This document shows, piece by piece, positions 1 through 8,945 of a stretch of 64,000 nt of DNA. The notes below the pieces were generated by a model. That model had not been told where the DNA came from and ran no database searches. It worked only from the letters and a program-made list of their open reading frames with translations. The stretch spans positions 96,001-160,000 of the forward strand of contig CAWISW010000002.1 of assembly GCA_963838925.1 (NCBI GenBank), in the 5' to 3' direction. A program made the position numbers and the translations under genes. Origin of the DNA: an uncultured Nitrososphaerota archaeon (GTDB lineage Archaea > Thermoproteota > Nitrososphaeria > Nitrososphaerales > Gagatemarchaeaceae). The stretch's first letter is position 1. Every line of letters starts with the position of its first letter.

Positions 1-35
1 CAGCCTTCGAGTACTCCCCTGAAGCAGACAAGATC

Positions 36-1112
36 ATGGCCGTGTCCCTCGGGCCGCAGCACCCGGGCGCCGGCCACTTCCGGATACGCCTCTGGCTCGA
101 CGGCGACTACGTCGTGAGGGCGGACCCGGACCCCGGATACGTCCACAGGGGCGAGGAGAAGATGAGCGAGTACCGCAACTACATCCAGAACGTCCCGCAC
201 CTCGAGAGGCCGGTCATCCTCGACAGCTCGGGGATACTCTTCGCTTACTCGCTGGCTGTAGACCAGCTCATGAACAACAAGATCCCGCCGAGGGCCGAAT
301 ACCTCCGCGTGATAATGGCCGAGTTCAACAGGATCATCTCCCACGAGTACTACCTGGGCATCCTCGGGCTCTTCGTAGGCCAGACGACGATGATCACCTG
401 GTGCATGGGCGACAGGGACCTCTTCATCGACCTCGCAGCGAGGATCGCCGGCGCCCGGGTGACCTTCGCGTACATCATCCCGGGAGGCGTGAGGAACGAC
501 ATGCCCGAGGGCCTGGAGGTGCAGGCTTTCGAGACGCTGGACTGGTTCGACAAGAGGATGGACGAGTACGAGAAGATATTCTTCAAGAACCCGCTCTGGG
601 AGGAGCGGTCCAAGGGCGTGGGCGTCTTGACGAGGGACGACGCCATCAAGCTGGGAGCCACAGGAACTGTCCTCAGGGCCTCCGGCGTGGCGCACGACAT
701 CAGGAAGGCGGAGCCCTACGGCGCCTACCCTGACTTTGACTTCTCGGTGTCCTCCTTCAAAGAAGGGGACTGCTGGGCGAGGGGCTACGTCGCACTCCAG
801 GAGATGCGCGAGTCCGTGAAGATCCTGAGGCAGGCCTTCAAGAACCTCCCCCCAGGCCCGGTGAGGCTGAAGCTCGGGCCGCAGCCGAGGGTGCCCGCGG
901 GCGAGGTCTACGCCAGGACGGAGGCCGCCCACGGGGAGATGAGCTACTTCATAGTGAGCGACGGCAGCCCCAAGCCCTACAGGCTGAAGCTGGGCGTCCC
1001 GAGCTTCAAGAACATGAGGACGATACCGCACCTCCTCAAGGGAGTGCACGTCGCAGACATCCCTCCCGTGTATTGGGGCCTCAATTACTGGCCCGTGGAG
1101 GCCGATCACTAG
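36..1112 (+). CDS. nuoD: NADH-quinone oxidoreductase subunit D; the frame is open to the window edge, so the true start may lie upstream
   Basis: GPQHP, GYVHRGEEK, AEFNRIISH, PGGVR, GE-x-YARTE and PYRLK motifs. No CxxC Ni ligands, so not a hydrogenase large subunit. Confidence 0.93.
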   Translation: MAVSLGPQHPGAGHFRIRLWLDGDYVVRADPDPGYVHRGEEKMSEYRNYIQNVPHLERPVILDSSGILFAYSLAVDQLMNNKIPPRAEYLRVIMAEFNRIISHEYYLGILGLFVGQTTMITWCMGDRDLFIDLAARIAGARVTFAYIIPGGVRNDMPEGLEVQAFETLDWFDKRMDEYEKIFFKNPLWEERSKGVGVLTRDDAIKLGATGTVLRASGVAHDIRKAEPYGAYPDFDFSVSSFKEGDCWARGYVALQEMRESVKILRQAFKNLPPGPVRLKLGPQPRVPAGEVYARTEAAHGEMSYFIVSDGSPKPYRLKLGVPSFKNMRTIPHLLKGVHVADIPPVYWGLNYWPVEADH

Positions 1113-1195
1113 TGCTAATTTTCTAGTCAGCCTACTCGTCAAATTAACATGTTGGTGTAATCATCGCTCCATGCTTCATAATTTGGTCCATCACC

Positions 1196-2287
1196 CTACT
1201 GGATGAGTAGGCTTTCAGCAAGTTTGAGAAATTCGGCCTTGTCAGTTTTCAGTTCCCTCAATAACAGTTTCCATCTTTCGTGACGAAGCTCGGAATCTAT
1301 CGGTTCGAAAATAAGCTTCACCTTGGCCTTCTTCTCGGGATGCCTTAGTCTTAGCATCTTCAGCAGACTGAGAATCTCTTCTACCCTCCACAACTGGAGT
1401 TGACGAACGCCGTTCGAGTCTGGCTTGCCAAGATGGGCATGAAATCCAAGCATAGATAGCGACGATTGAACCCAGACCAGGAGTTCAAGGTTCTTATTAG
1501 TAAATGACATTCGAGGTTCGAACGCCCTATCGGCTCTTAGCCACAGTCTTCCTTCCGCGTCAAAAAGGCCTGCAAGATATCCTAACACAAATTCGACGCT
1601 CTCTACTCCAGCGGGAACTGTCAGTCTTCCTTCCAATAAGAAGCCAAAGCTCGCATCAAGTTCTGATTCAAAGGACCATTCGTATCCGGCCATTGTGGAG
1701 AGTCTTGGTCTTACCCTAACAGGACCATGCGGAACCATTAGTGATGTCAGGAGGTCAATCATTGCAGGGTGCGTCGAAGCCGTTCTTACTCTAATTGCTC
1801 TACCATGGCGCTTGACATTGAGATCACCGCGAGCTAGCCCCAGCAGGTACCCCTTCTGATAGGCGTCTCCTTCAAACGGAACCTTTTCGAACTTCCTCAC
1901 AGATTTGATTTGCGCTTCGACTTTGTCTCTCAGCGGTATTCCTCGTTTACGAAGATGGTTGAAGACAGAGACCGGGCTCACGACCTCTCCGGCGATTTGT
2001 TTCAGCGACTCTCCATTCTTGTACTTGGTTACCCAGACATCGACCATATCATCTGTGATTTTCCTGATATGCGCAGCGGGGTCGCGCCTTCTGATTCCGT
2101 TCCTCTTCAGATGATGCAATATCGTCGACTCGGCCGTCTTCTGACTCGCATACCTCAAGTCGTAGATCTTCGCAATCTTCGCAGCCGAGAGCTTCTGCTC
2201 AAGGTACAAGCGCTGGAGGTCGGCCTTTGTGGGCGGCCACTCAAGATTGGGTGAGTTGCTTGTCTTGGCGCCCTCTCCGTCAGTCAT
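1196..2287 (-). mobile_element. Free-standing double-motif LAGLIDADG homing endonuclease with N-terminal HTH repeats
   Basis: YLLGLARGDL and YLAGLFDAEG motifs. HTH-like segments LYLEQKLSAAKIAKIY and YKNGESLKQIA...VFNHLRKRG. Visibly more AT-rich than the flanks. Confidence 0.82.
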
Positions 2288-2390
2288 TCATTCGTTATTC
2301 TTGCAGACTATATGAACGGCAACGCTCGAAACCGGAATCGCCACTATTCGCACGTCGGTGGGAATTTGTCCGAAAATCCCCGGTAATACA

Positions 2391-2398
2391 TATATAAG
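2391..2398 (+). promoter_or_regulatory. TATA box upstream of the R15P isomerase-prs operon
   Basis: TATATAAG lies about 26-33 nt before the in-frame GTG at 2424. Confidence 0.55.
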
Positions 2399-2423
2399 CT
2401 CCTACGAAGGCGAAACGGTTCAC

Positions 2424-3416
2424 GTGGAAACCCTAAAGGACGGAAAAGAAGAATTTCCAAAGGTCTCTGTGGACGAAGCGTATGACAACCTAAAGTCGAT
2501 GCGCGTCCATGGCGCGGGGCGGATCGCGAGGTATGCGGCCCAAGCGCTGAGGGACTATGCAAAGGACGCCAAGGCGAAGACCTCCAGAGAGTACTGGGGA
2601 ATCGTCCTGAAGGCGGGGGAGAAGCTCAGGTCTGCAAGGCCCACTGCGGTCTCCCTTCCCAACGGCGTAAACTACGTCCTGTACGGCGGGAGGACCTCCT
2701 TCGAGTCCGGCGGGTCAGTGGAAGACATCAGGAACGCCACAGTTAACACCGCGAACGACTTCATCACGTCCAGCATCGAAGCCGTCAAGGAGATAGGAGA
2801 GATCGGGGCGAGGAGGGTCAAGAACGGAGACATCATAATCACACACTGCAACAGCGAGGCTGCCATGAGCATCCTGAAGAAGGCCTACGACATGGGGAAG
2901 GGCATCAAGGTCTACTGCGACGAGACCAGGCCCAAGTTCCAGGGGCACAAGACGGCAGCGACGCTCGCGGCATACGGCATCGACACCACGCTGATCTGCG
3001 ACTCTGCGTGCAGGGTGACCATGTCCGGCGCAGACAGGGCGATAGTCGGATGCGACGCCATCTCAGTCAACGGAGCCTTGGTGAACAAGATCGGCACCTC
3101 GCAGGTCGCCACGATCGCCCACGAAGCGAGGGTAAACTTCTTGGTGGCCGCTGAAACTTATAAGCTCGATTTCAAGACCTTGACGGGAGAATTGGTCGAC
3201 ATCGAGGAGCGCGACTACACGGAGATCGCCTCAAAGGAATGGATGACCCACAACCCGAAGGTAAAGTTCAGCAACCCAGTGTTCGACGTCACTCCGCCCG
3301 AGTACATCGACTTTTACGTAACGGAGAAGGGCATCGTCCCGCCCGGCGCGATATTCAGCCTGATGAAGGAGCTCTACCAGTACACAGAGGGAGCTCAGGC
3401 GAAGCCCGCCCATTAA
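2424..3416 (+). CDS. Ribose-1,5-bisphosphate isomerase (eIF-2B/MtnA family)
   Basis: RPTAVSL, THCNS (catalytic Cys), ETRP-x-FQG, VGCDAI (catalytic Asp), NKIGT and NPVFDVTP motifs. Next to RuBisCO. Start placed at GTG 2424, after the TATA box. Confidence 0.85.
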   Translation: METLKDGKEEFPKVSVDEAYDNLKSMRVHGAGRIARYAAQALRDYAKDAKAKTSREYWGIVLKAGEKLRSARPTAVSLPNGVNYVLYGGRTSFESGGSVEDIRNATVNTANDFITSSIEAVKEIGEIGARRVKNGDIIITHCNSEAAMSILKKAYDMGKGIKVYCDETRPKFQGHKTAATLAAYGIDTTLICDSACRVTMSGADRAIVGCDAISVNGALVNKIGTSQVATIAHEARVNFLVAAETYKLDFKTLTGELVDIEERDYTEIASKEWMTHNPKVKFSNPVFDVTPPEYIDFYVTEKGIVPPGAIFSLMKELYQYTEGAQAKPAH

Positions 3417-3432
3417 TCGGAGAACGAGTAAG

Positions 3433-4326
3433 ATGATAATCTTTGGCGGTTCTGCAGGCGAGACTCTAGCAGTCAGAGTGTCGCTCCTTACGGGAGCTAA
3501 GCTCGGCAAGGTCAAGAGGCAGAGGTTCCCAGACGGGGAGCAATACCTGAAGATCGAGGAGGACATCAAGGGGCAGGACATCGTATTCATCCACCCACTT
3601 GGAGGCAGGCCGGACGAGCTCATCATGGAGTACCTGCTCACGATGGACGCTTTTAAGAGCGCGAGCCCAAAGTCGATAAGCGTCGTCATCCCGTACTTCG
3701 CCTATGCCAGACAAGACGCTAGGTTCCACCCCGGAGAGCCCCTGAGCTTCCATCTGGTGGCCAAGCTGCTAGAGTCCGCAGGCCCGAGCAGGATATTCAC
3801 GATAGACGTACACCTCCAGAGGGTCCCGTCCCTGAAAGAGGTCTTCAAGGTCCCGGCCTTCAACCTGACGGCCGTCCCGTACATCGCGGAGTACATCAAC
3901 AGGATATACCAGCCGAAGAACCCGATCATCATCGGACCGGACGACGAGTCGGAGCAATGGGCGAAGGTCGCGGCAGCCAAGATCAAGACCGACTACGCGA
4001 TCCTCCAGAAGACCAGGTTCTCCTCAACGGAGGTCAAGGTCAAGGTCAAGGGCGGCGAGAGCGTCAACGTCAAGGGGAGGGACGCGATAATCATCGACGA
4101 CATCATCAGCACGGGCAACACCATCGTGGAGGCCGCGAACCTGGTGAAGAAGGCAGGCGCGCGCAAGATCTACGTAGGGTGCACGCACCCCGTCCTCAGC
4201 CTCAACGCGCTCCCGCTGATGTACAGCAACAACATAGAGGGCGTGGTAGGCACCGACACCTTCGCGGGGCCCATAAGCTTCGTGACCGTGGCGCCCGTGA
4301 TAGCCGAAGCGCTGAAGAAGAAGTAG
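3433..4326 (+). CDS. prs: Ribose-phosphate pyrophosphokinase (PRPP synthetase)
   Basis: FPDGE, VIPYFAYARQD, IIDDIISTGNT PRPP-binding loop and CTHPV motifs. Confidence 0.93.
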   Translation: MIIFGGSAGETLAVRVSLLTGAKLGKVKRQRFPDGEQYLKIEEDIKGQDIVFIHPLGGRPDELIMEYLLTMDAFKSASPKSISVVIPYFAYARQDARFHPGEPLSFHLVAKLLESAGPSRIFTIDVHLQRVPSLKEVFKVPAFNLTAVPYIAEYINRIYQPKNPIIIGPDDESEQWAKVAAAKIKTDYAILQKTRFSSTEVKVKVKGGESVNVKGRDAIIIDDIISTGNTIVEAANLVKKAGARKIYVGCTHPVLSLNALPLMYSNNIEGVVGTDTFAGPISFVTVAPVIAEALKKK

Positions 4327-4528
4327 AGTCGGACAACCGACCCTGGATTCTCACCGCTTCGTACGGCCATGCATGGCTATGGGCACCTCTAGGGACCTTG
4401 CGGTAGCTCGATTCCTATAGATCTCTCGCCGAAGCGAGCGAGAGGAGACGCGGCCGCAGAAGTGACTTTGTGAATAATGAGGAGGGGGCCCGATTAGGGC
4501 CTGGCCGAGCCTTGGTAACTCTGCCGAC

Positions 4529-4696
4529 TCAGAAGTTCGTCGCTGGGGCGCCGGAGTTCTTCAGGTAGTGGAGCTCGTAAGGCTTCCCGGCCGTTCCCAC
4601 GCAACACGTGCACCCGTAGTCCGCGCACTGCAGGGAGTTGTCGTGGGGGCATGACCCGCACGAGCAGAAGATGTCGCCCTTGATGTGGTTCTTCAC
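4529..4696 (-). CDS. Small Cys-rich metal-binding protein (55 aa), absent from the ORF track
   Basis: Hand translation: MKNHIKGDIFCSCGSCPHDNSLQCADYGCTCCVGTAGKPYELHYLKNSGAPATNF. The GTG start is preceded by a GGGGTG SD-like sequence and lies 14 nt after the RuBisCO stop. Codons are GC3-rich like the host's. Confidence 0.72.
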   Translation of the reverse strand: MKNHIKGDIFCSCGSCPHDNSLQCADYGCTCCVGTAGKPYELHYLKNSGAPATNF

Positions 4697-4710
4697 TATG
4701 AGCACCCCTT

Positions 4711-6138
4711 CTACTCCGACCGGAACATGTGCCTGTAGTCGCTCTCCTTCTTTCCGAGCTCAGGCACTGCGGTCATCGCGGAGGCGACCGCGTACTTTTG
4801 CCCGAAGAACTGGAGAGCCGCCTGCAGCTCGGGGTGGTCCTTGGCGTAGTCGTCGACAGGGATCTTCTTCATGTAGGCATCCACTGCCTGTCTCGCAGCG
4901 GTGGCGCCCGCCTTTGTCCCCCATGGGTGCCCGTGTACGCTCCCGCCGTTCTGGAGCGAGATGTCGAGCCCCATCAGGTCGAGCGAGTAGTGGTAGTTCT
5001 GCGGAGTGAGGCCGCCTGAAGAGACGCCAAACATCGGCTTGATGTGCTCCATCGGCCCCTGGATCGCGTCCATCACCTCTGGGATCTCTACGAACTTTAT
5101 CGCGTCTCCCAGCTTCCCTCTCGCAGTGCCTACGTGGATCAAGTCTCCGCCAGCTACCCTGCTAAGCCCCGCGATCACCTTGAAGCTGATCCCGTGCCTC
5201 GGGTGGCGCGTGAGCGCCGCGTGCGACGCCCTGTGGAGGTGGATTGGGACGTTAATGCTCGGGTCCTCCGCGAGCACCCTCAGCGAGGGATACCAGCTGC
5301 ACATGATGTTGAGCATCAGGCCCCTTGCGCCGTGCGCGATCATCTTGTCCGCTACCTCGAGGGTCCTCTCGGAGTCGACCGTGACCTCAGGCGCGTACAT
5401 GTAGTCGCCCTCAGGGTGGGCGCCCTCCGACTTGGCCTTGTCGAGAGCCTCGTAGACCTTCGCGACGCGGTCTAGGAGGGGGGAGCACCACTGGTTGTGG
5501 TACGTCTCGTCGTCCTTGAACGTGTCAACGCCTCCCAACGCGGCGTCGTAGAACTGCTGAGCGGCTCCCTGGTCGGTGACGCCCATCTTCGGCTTGATCG
5601 TGATGCCGACGTGAGGCCGTCTGCTCTTCTTGGTGCCGACTATGTCCCTCAGCCCTTCGACGCCGAACTTCGGCCCCTTGAAGAGCTTCAGGACGTCCTT
5701 TGGCAGCGTGAAATCTATCCATTTGCAGTTCGGAATCGGAGTGAACCCCATCCAGTTCCCAGTGACGAAGGTGAACAGGTCGGGGATCCCCCTGTTGTCC
5801 ATGTCCAGAAGGTAGGTCGGGAAGGCCACCTTGACCCACCCCGAGTGCTTCATAGAGCCTGAGGGGTCTTCATACTTCCACGAGTAGAGCTTTGCGGCGG
5901 TCTTGGTAGAGAGGTCGGTTGCCGTGGAGACATCGGTGAAAGTCCCGACCGACTGCTCTGCAGCGATGATGACTCCCGCCTGGTCGATCGTGACCCTCGG
6001 GTCGCACGTGATGAAGAAAGTCGCCAGGACGTTCTTGTCGACGTCGACCTTCTCGGGAGTGGTGGAGAACAGGTCCCCCCTGTCGTGCTCGACGCTTGGG
6101 GCGCTCCATCTCTTCTCAGTCATCGCTTCTGTTGTCAT
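4711..6138 (-). CDS. rbcL: Ribulose-1,5-bisphosphate carboxylase large subunit, divergent form III-type
   Basis: AAEQSVGT (E60/T65), GN (N123), TIKPK (K175/K177), DTFKDDE (K201/D203/E204), HLHRASH (H294/R295), HVGTARGKL (H327/K334), SSGG (S379/G381) and QNGG...GHP are all present. Confidence 0.9.
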   Translation of the reverse strand: MTTEAMTEKRWSAPSVEHDRGDLFSTTPEKVDVDKNVLATFFITCDPRVTIDQAGVIIAAEQSVGTFTDVSTATDLSTKTAAKLYSWKYEDPSGSMKHSGWVKVAFPTYLLDMDNRGIPDLFTFVTGNWMGFTPIPNCKWIDFTLPKDVLKLFKGPKFGVEGLRDIVGTKKSRRPHVGITIKPKMGVTDQGAAQQFYDAALGGVDTFKDDETYHNQWCSPLLDRVAKVYEALDKAKSEGAHPEGDYMYAPEVTVDSERTLEVADKMIAHGARGLMLNIMCSWYPSLRVLAEDPSINVPIHLHRASHAALTRHPRHGISFKVIAGLSRVAGGDLIHVGTARGKLGDAIKFVEIPEVMDAIQGPMEHIKPMFGVSSGGLTPQNYHYSLDLMGLDISLQNGGSVHGHPWGTKAGATAARQAVDAYMKKIPVDDYAKDHPELQAALQFFGQKYAVASAMTAVPELGKKESDYRHMFRSE

Positions 6139-6335
6139 GTGAACGAATTTTTTGGCGCCTCGGAGGTTATTTATGTTTTATCCGTTGCGTGGCGATTCGT
6201 AAGACGGTCTCGACGACAGGAGTCGAATCCTCGGAGGCCGTCCTCGAATTTGTCAACGAATTTTGGGCCGCGGTCCTCTCTAGGCATGATTCCGCCTTCG
6301 TTAAGCTTAAAACGGGGCCGCATTTTGGCGCCTCG
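6139..6335. promoter_or_regulatory. Divergent promoter between rbcL and the kinase-tkt-rpe-tkt-tal operon
   Basis: AT-rich TATA-like tracts at about 6168-6181 (minus strand) and TTAAGCTTAAAA at 6301-6312. TTTTGGCGCCTCG is repeated at 6150-6162 and 6323-6335. Confidence 0.55.
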
Positions 6336-7381
6336 TGGCTTCGGGCTTGGCGAGTCTTTCGTCGGACGGCTTGACCGGACTCCTCAAGAAATTCCAAGGA
6401 AAGCGGCTACTCGTCGTCGGTGATTTTCTGGTCAGCAGGTTTGTCGAGGTCTCAGCGAGGAAGCTAGCCCGCGAGGCGCCCGTTCCCGCAGGCGACTACG
6501 TGGGAGAGACGCTCCTCCCCGGCGGAGCCGCGAACCTCGCCAACGAGGTGGCATCCCTGGGCGGGTCGGTCTCTGTGATAGGGGCGGTGGGCGAAGACAA
6601 CTACGGGGTCTGGCTGAAGGAGGACCTCGCGAGGAACGGCGTCGGCACCGACGGGATAGTGGTCGACAAGACGAGACCAACCTCGCTCAGGACGTGGATC
6701 ATGGTAAACCGCCTGCACTACCTTCGCATAGACCAGGAGGTAAGGAAGGAGGTGCAGCTGTCGATCACAAAGTCCTTCGCTGCCTCCGCCGAGGCAAAGA
6801 TCCCAAACGTCGACACAGTGGTGTTCTCAGACTACGACAGGGGCGTGGTCACATCCTCGCTCATAAGCTCGGTCGTGGCCGCGGCTAGGAAGGCCGGCAA
6901 GATAGTCGTCGCTCAGCCCAAGGACAGGCACTACATGGACTTCAACGGGGTGACCTACGTGAAATCGAACCTGGGGGAAGCCACGCACGCGACCCAGATG
7001 GCGATGGTCAACGAGACCAGCCTGAGGAACATGGGTGTAAACCTTATGGGAAGGCTCGACTGCAAGGGGATCGTGATCACCCGCGGAGAAGAGGGCATGA
7101 CGGTCTTCGATCGCGAGCAGATAACCAGCTTCCCCCTCGCCTTCGGAAGGAAGAGCTTCTTCAACAAGGTCGGTGTGAGAGACGTCATGACGGGCGTGTT
7201 CTCCCTCGCGGTCGCAGCAGGCGGCTCGATAACCGAGGCGGCGTGCCTGAGCAACATCGCAGGGACCGTGAGGAGCGAGAAGCCGAGGACGTCCACTTTG
7301 ACGATCCAGGACCTGGAGAAGCGGTTGGGGTCGATGGACGACTTCCTGAACCGCATCTCCCAGATGCCGGTGAGGCGTTAA
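6335..7381 (+). CDS. PfkB/ribokinase-family sugar-phosphate kinase, RfaE domain I-like, with an atypical GVRD motif
   Basis: LVVGD, PGGAANLA, GAVGEDNYG, RID-x-E, SDYDRGV, N-x-x-E (NLGE) and ITRGEEGM motifs. The anion-hole motif reads GVRD instead of GAGD. Confidence 0.8.
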   Translation: MASGLASLSSDGLTGLLKKFQGKRLLVVGDFLVSRFVEVSARKLAREAPVPAGDYVGETLLPGGAANLANEVASLGGSVSVIGAVGEDNYGVWLKEDLARNGVGTDGIVVDKTRPTSLRTWIMVNRLHYLRIDQEVRKEVQLSITKSFAASAEAKIPNVDTVVFSDYDRGVVTSSLISSVVAAARKAGKIVVAQPKDRHYMDFNGVTYVKSNLGEATHATQMAMVNETSLRNMGVNLMGRLDCKGIVITRGEEGMTVFDREQITSFPLAFGRKSFFNKVGVRDVMTGVFSLAVAAGGSITEAACLSNIAGTVRSEKPRTSTLTIQDLEKRLGSMDDFLNRISQMPVRR

Positions 7382-7384
7382 GAT

Positions 7385-8209
7385 ATGGGCATGGCAACTT
7401 CGCAGGAGATAACGAGGCTGCAGGACATCTCGAGGAACACCAGGAAGATCATCCTCGAGACGCTGGCTGAGGCCGGGTCGGGCCACCCCGGAGGCTCGCT
7501 ATCAGCGGTCGAGCTCCTCGTCACGCTCTACTTCTACAAGCTGAGGCACGACCCCAAGAACCCGAAGTGGGCTGACAGGGACCGCTTCATTCTCAGCAAG
7601 GGGCACGGCGCCCCGCTGCTCTACTCGATCCTCGCCCAGTCCGGATACTTCCCGTTGTCAGAGCTAAAGTCCCTGAGGAAGCTTGGCGCGCTCCTCCAGG
7701 GCCACCCTGACATGGACATACCCGGCGTCGAGATGCCGGCGGGCTCGGAGGGCATCGGACTCTCGGTCGGCGTAGGCCAGGCTCTCGCCGCGAGGCTCGA
7801 CGGAAGGCCCACCAGGACGTACGTCCTGATGGGGGACGGAGAGCAAGGGGAGGGCGAGGTCTGGGAGGCTGCGATGTCGGCGTCCAAGTTCAAGCTAGAC
7901 AACCTCGTCGGCATGATCGACAGGAACGGAATCCAGCAGGACGGGCTCACCGAGCAGATCATGCCGCTCGAGCCGCTCGCAGCCAAGTGGCGCGCCTTCA
8001 ACTGGAACGTCATCGAGGTTGACGGCTACGACTACCTCCAGCTGATCGAGGCCTTCGACACGGCAGAGATGACGAAGAACAGGCCCACCATGATAATCGC
8101 CCACACCGTCAAGGGCAAGGGCATCTCCTTCATGGAGTGGTCACCGATGTATCACGGCACCGCTCCCACGAAGGAGAAGATGGAAGACATCTACAAGGAG
8201 CTAAAGTAG
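7385..8209 (+). CDS. tktA: Transketolase, N-terminal (TPP-binding) subunit
   Basis: SGHPGGSLS, DRDRFILSKGH, LQGHP, GDGE-x-x-EG and HTVKGKG motifs. Confidence 0.95.
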   Translation: MGMATSQEITRLQDISRNTRKIILETLAEAGSGHPGGSLSAVELLVTLYFYKLRHDPKNPKWADRDRFILSKGHGAPLLYSILAQSGYFPLSELKSLRKLGALLQGHPDMDIPGVEMPAGSEGIGLSVGVGQALAARLDGRPTRTYVLMGDGEQGEGEVWEAAMSASKFKLDNLVGMIDRNGIQQDGLTEQIMPLEPLAAKWRAFNWNVIEVDGYDYLQLIEAFDTAEMTKNRPTMIIAHTVKGKGISFMEWSPMYHGTAPTKEKMEDIYKELK

Positions 8210-8215
8210 GAAGGG

Positions 8216-8944
8216 ATGATGGTGGAGAAGACGATGCCGCTCGCGGAAATCAAGAGAAAGATCAAGATCGCCCCATCGATACTCGGCGGGGACCAGGCAA
8301 ACTTCGCGGCGGGGCTCGACATCGCGGTGAAGGGAGGGGCGGACCAGGTCCACCTCGACGTCATCGACGGCCACTTCGCCCCAAACATCACGTTCGGCCC
8401 GGGGACGGTGAAGGCCCTGAGGAAGAGGACCGACATGAAGTTCGACACCCACCTGATGATAGACGAGCCCGAGAAGTTCGTCGACAAGTTCCTGGACGCA
8501 GGGTCAGACCTGTTCTGCTTCCACGCAGAAGCGCTTACGGGGGAGCGCTTCGACGCCCTCTACTCGAAAATCCACGCGCAAGGTAAGGTGATAGGGCTGG
8601 CCTTGAAGCCCGCCACCGAGATGCCCGCGTGGGTGGAGCAGAGGCTGGACAAGCTCGACACCCTGTGCGTCATGACGGTGAACCCCGGATTCAGCGGTCA
8701 GACGATGATCATGTCGGTCATGCCCAAGCTGGAGAAGATCACGCAGATGCTAAACGACAAGGGTCTACCGATAGACATCGAGATCGACGGCGGAGTGGAG
8801 CTCGAGACGTTGGAGCACGTAGTCCGCCGTGGGGGCAACGTCCTTGTGGCGGGCGCTGGCGTGTACTACAAGCCCGACCCGATCAAAGCGGTCGGGATAC
8901 TCCGCGAGAGGGCAAAGCAGGCGGTAGCAGCGGGGGCAGCTTGA
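8216..8944 (+). CDS. rpe: Ribulose-phosphate 3-epimerase
   Basis: IAPSIL, HLDVIDGHFAPNITFG, DTHLMI, MTVNPGFSGQ and IDGG motifs. Confidence 0.96.
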   Translation: MMVEKTMPLAEIKRKIKIAPSILGGDQANFAAGLDIAVKGGADQVHLDVIDGHFAPNITFGPGTVKALRKRTDMKFDTHLMIDEPEKFVDKFLDAGSDLFCFHAEALTGERFDALYSKIHAQGKVIGLALKPATEMPAWVEQRLDKLDTLCVMTVNPGFSGQTMIMSVMPKLEKITQMLNDKGLPIDIEIDGGVELETLEHVVRRGGNVLVAGAGVYYKPDPIKAVGILRERAKQAVAAGAA

Positions 8945-8945
8945 G

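Noticed and set aside
36-1112. [NiFe]-hydrogenase large subunit
   Set aside because: No N- or C-terminal CxxC nickel ligands.
1113-2340. rRNA/tRNA intron or intein hosting the LAGLIDADG ORF
   Set aside because: No RNA gene exons, BHB junctions or splicing blocks were recognised around it.
2358-3416. eIF-2B subunit or MtnA, and the ORF-track start at 2358
   Set aside because: THCNS and the RuBisCO/prs context favour R15P isomerase. The 2358 start lies upstream of the TATA box.
4327-4528. Small RNA between prs and the Cys-rich ORF
   Set aside because: Only short GC hairpins (for example GGGCCC-GATTA-GGGCCC), compatible with chance or termination. No convincing box motifs.
4711-6138. Form IV RuBisCO-like protein for methionine salvage
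   Set aside because: All key carboxylase residues, including K334, H327 and R295, are present, and the neighbours are pentose-phosphate genes.
6335-7381. ADP-heptose (LPS) biosynthesis role
   Set aside because: Archaeal host, no adenylyltransferase domain or gmh genes nearby, and an altered motif. The family assignment is kept but not this function.
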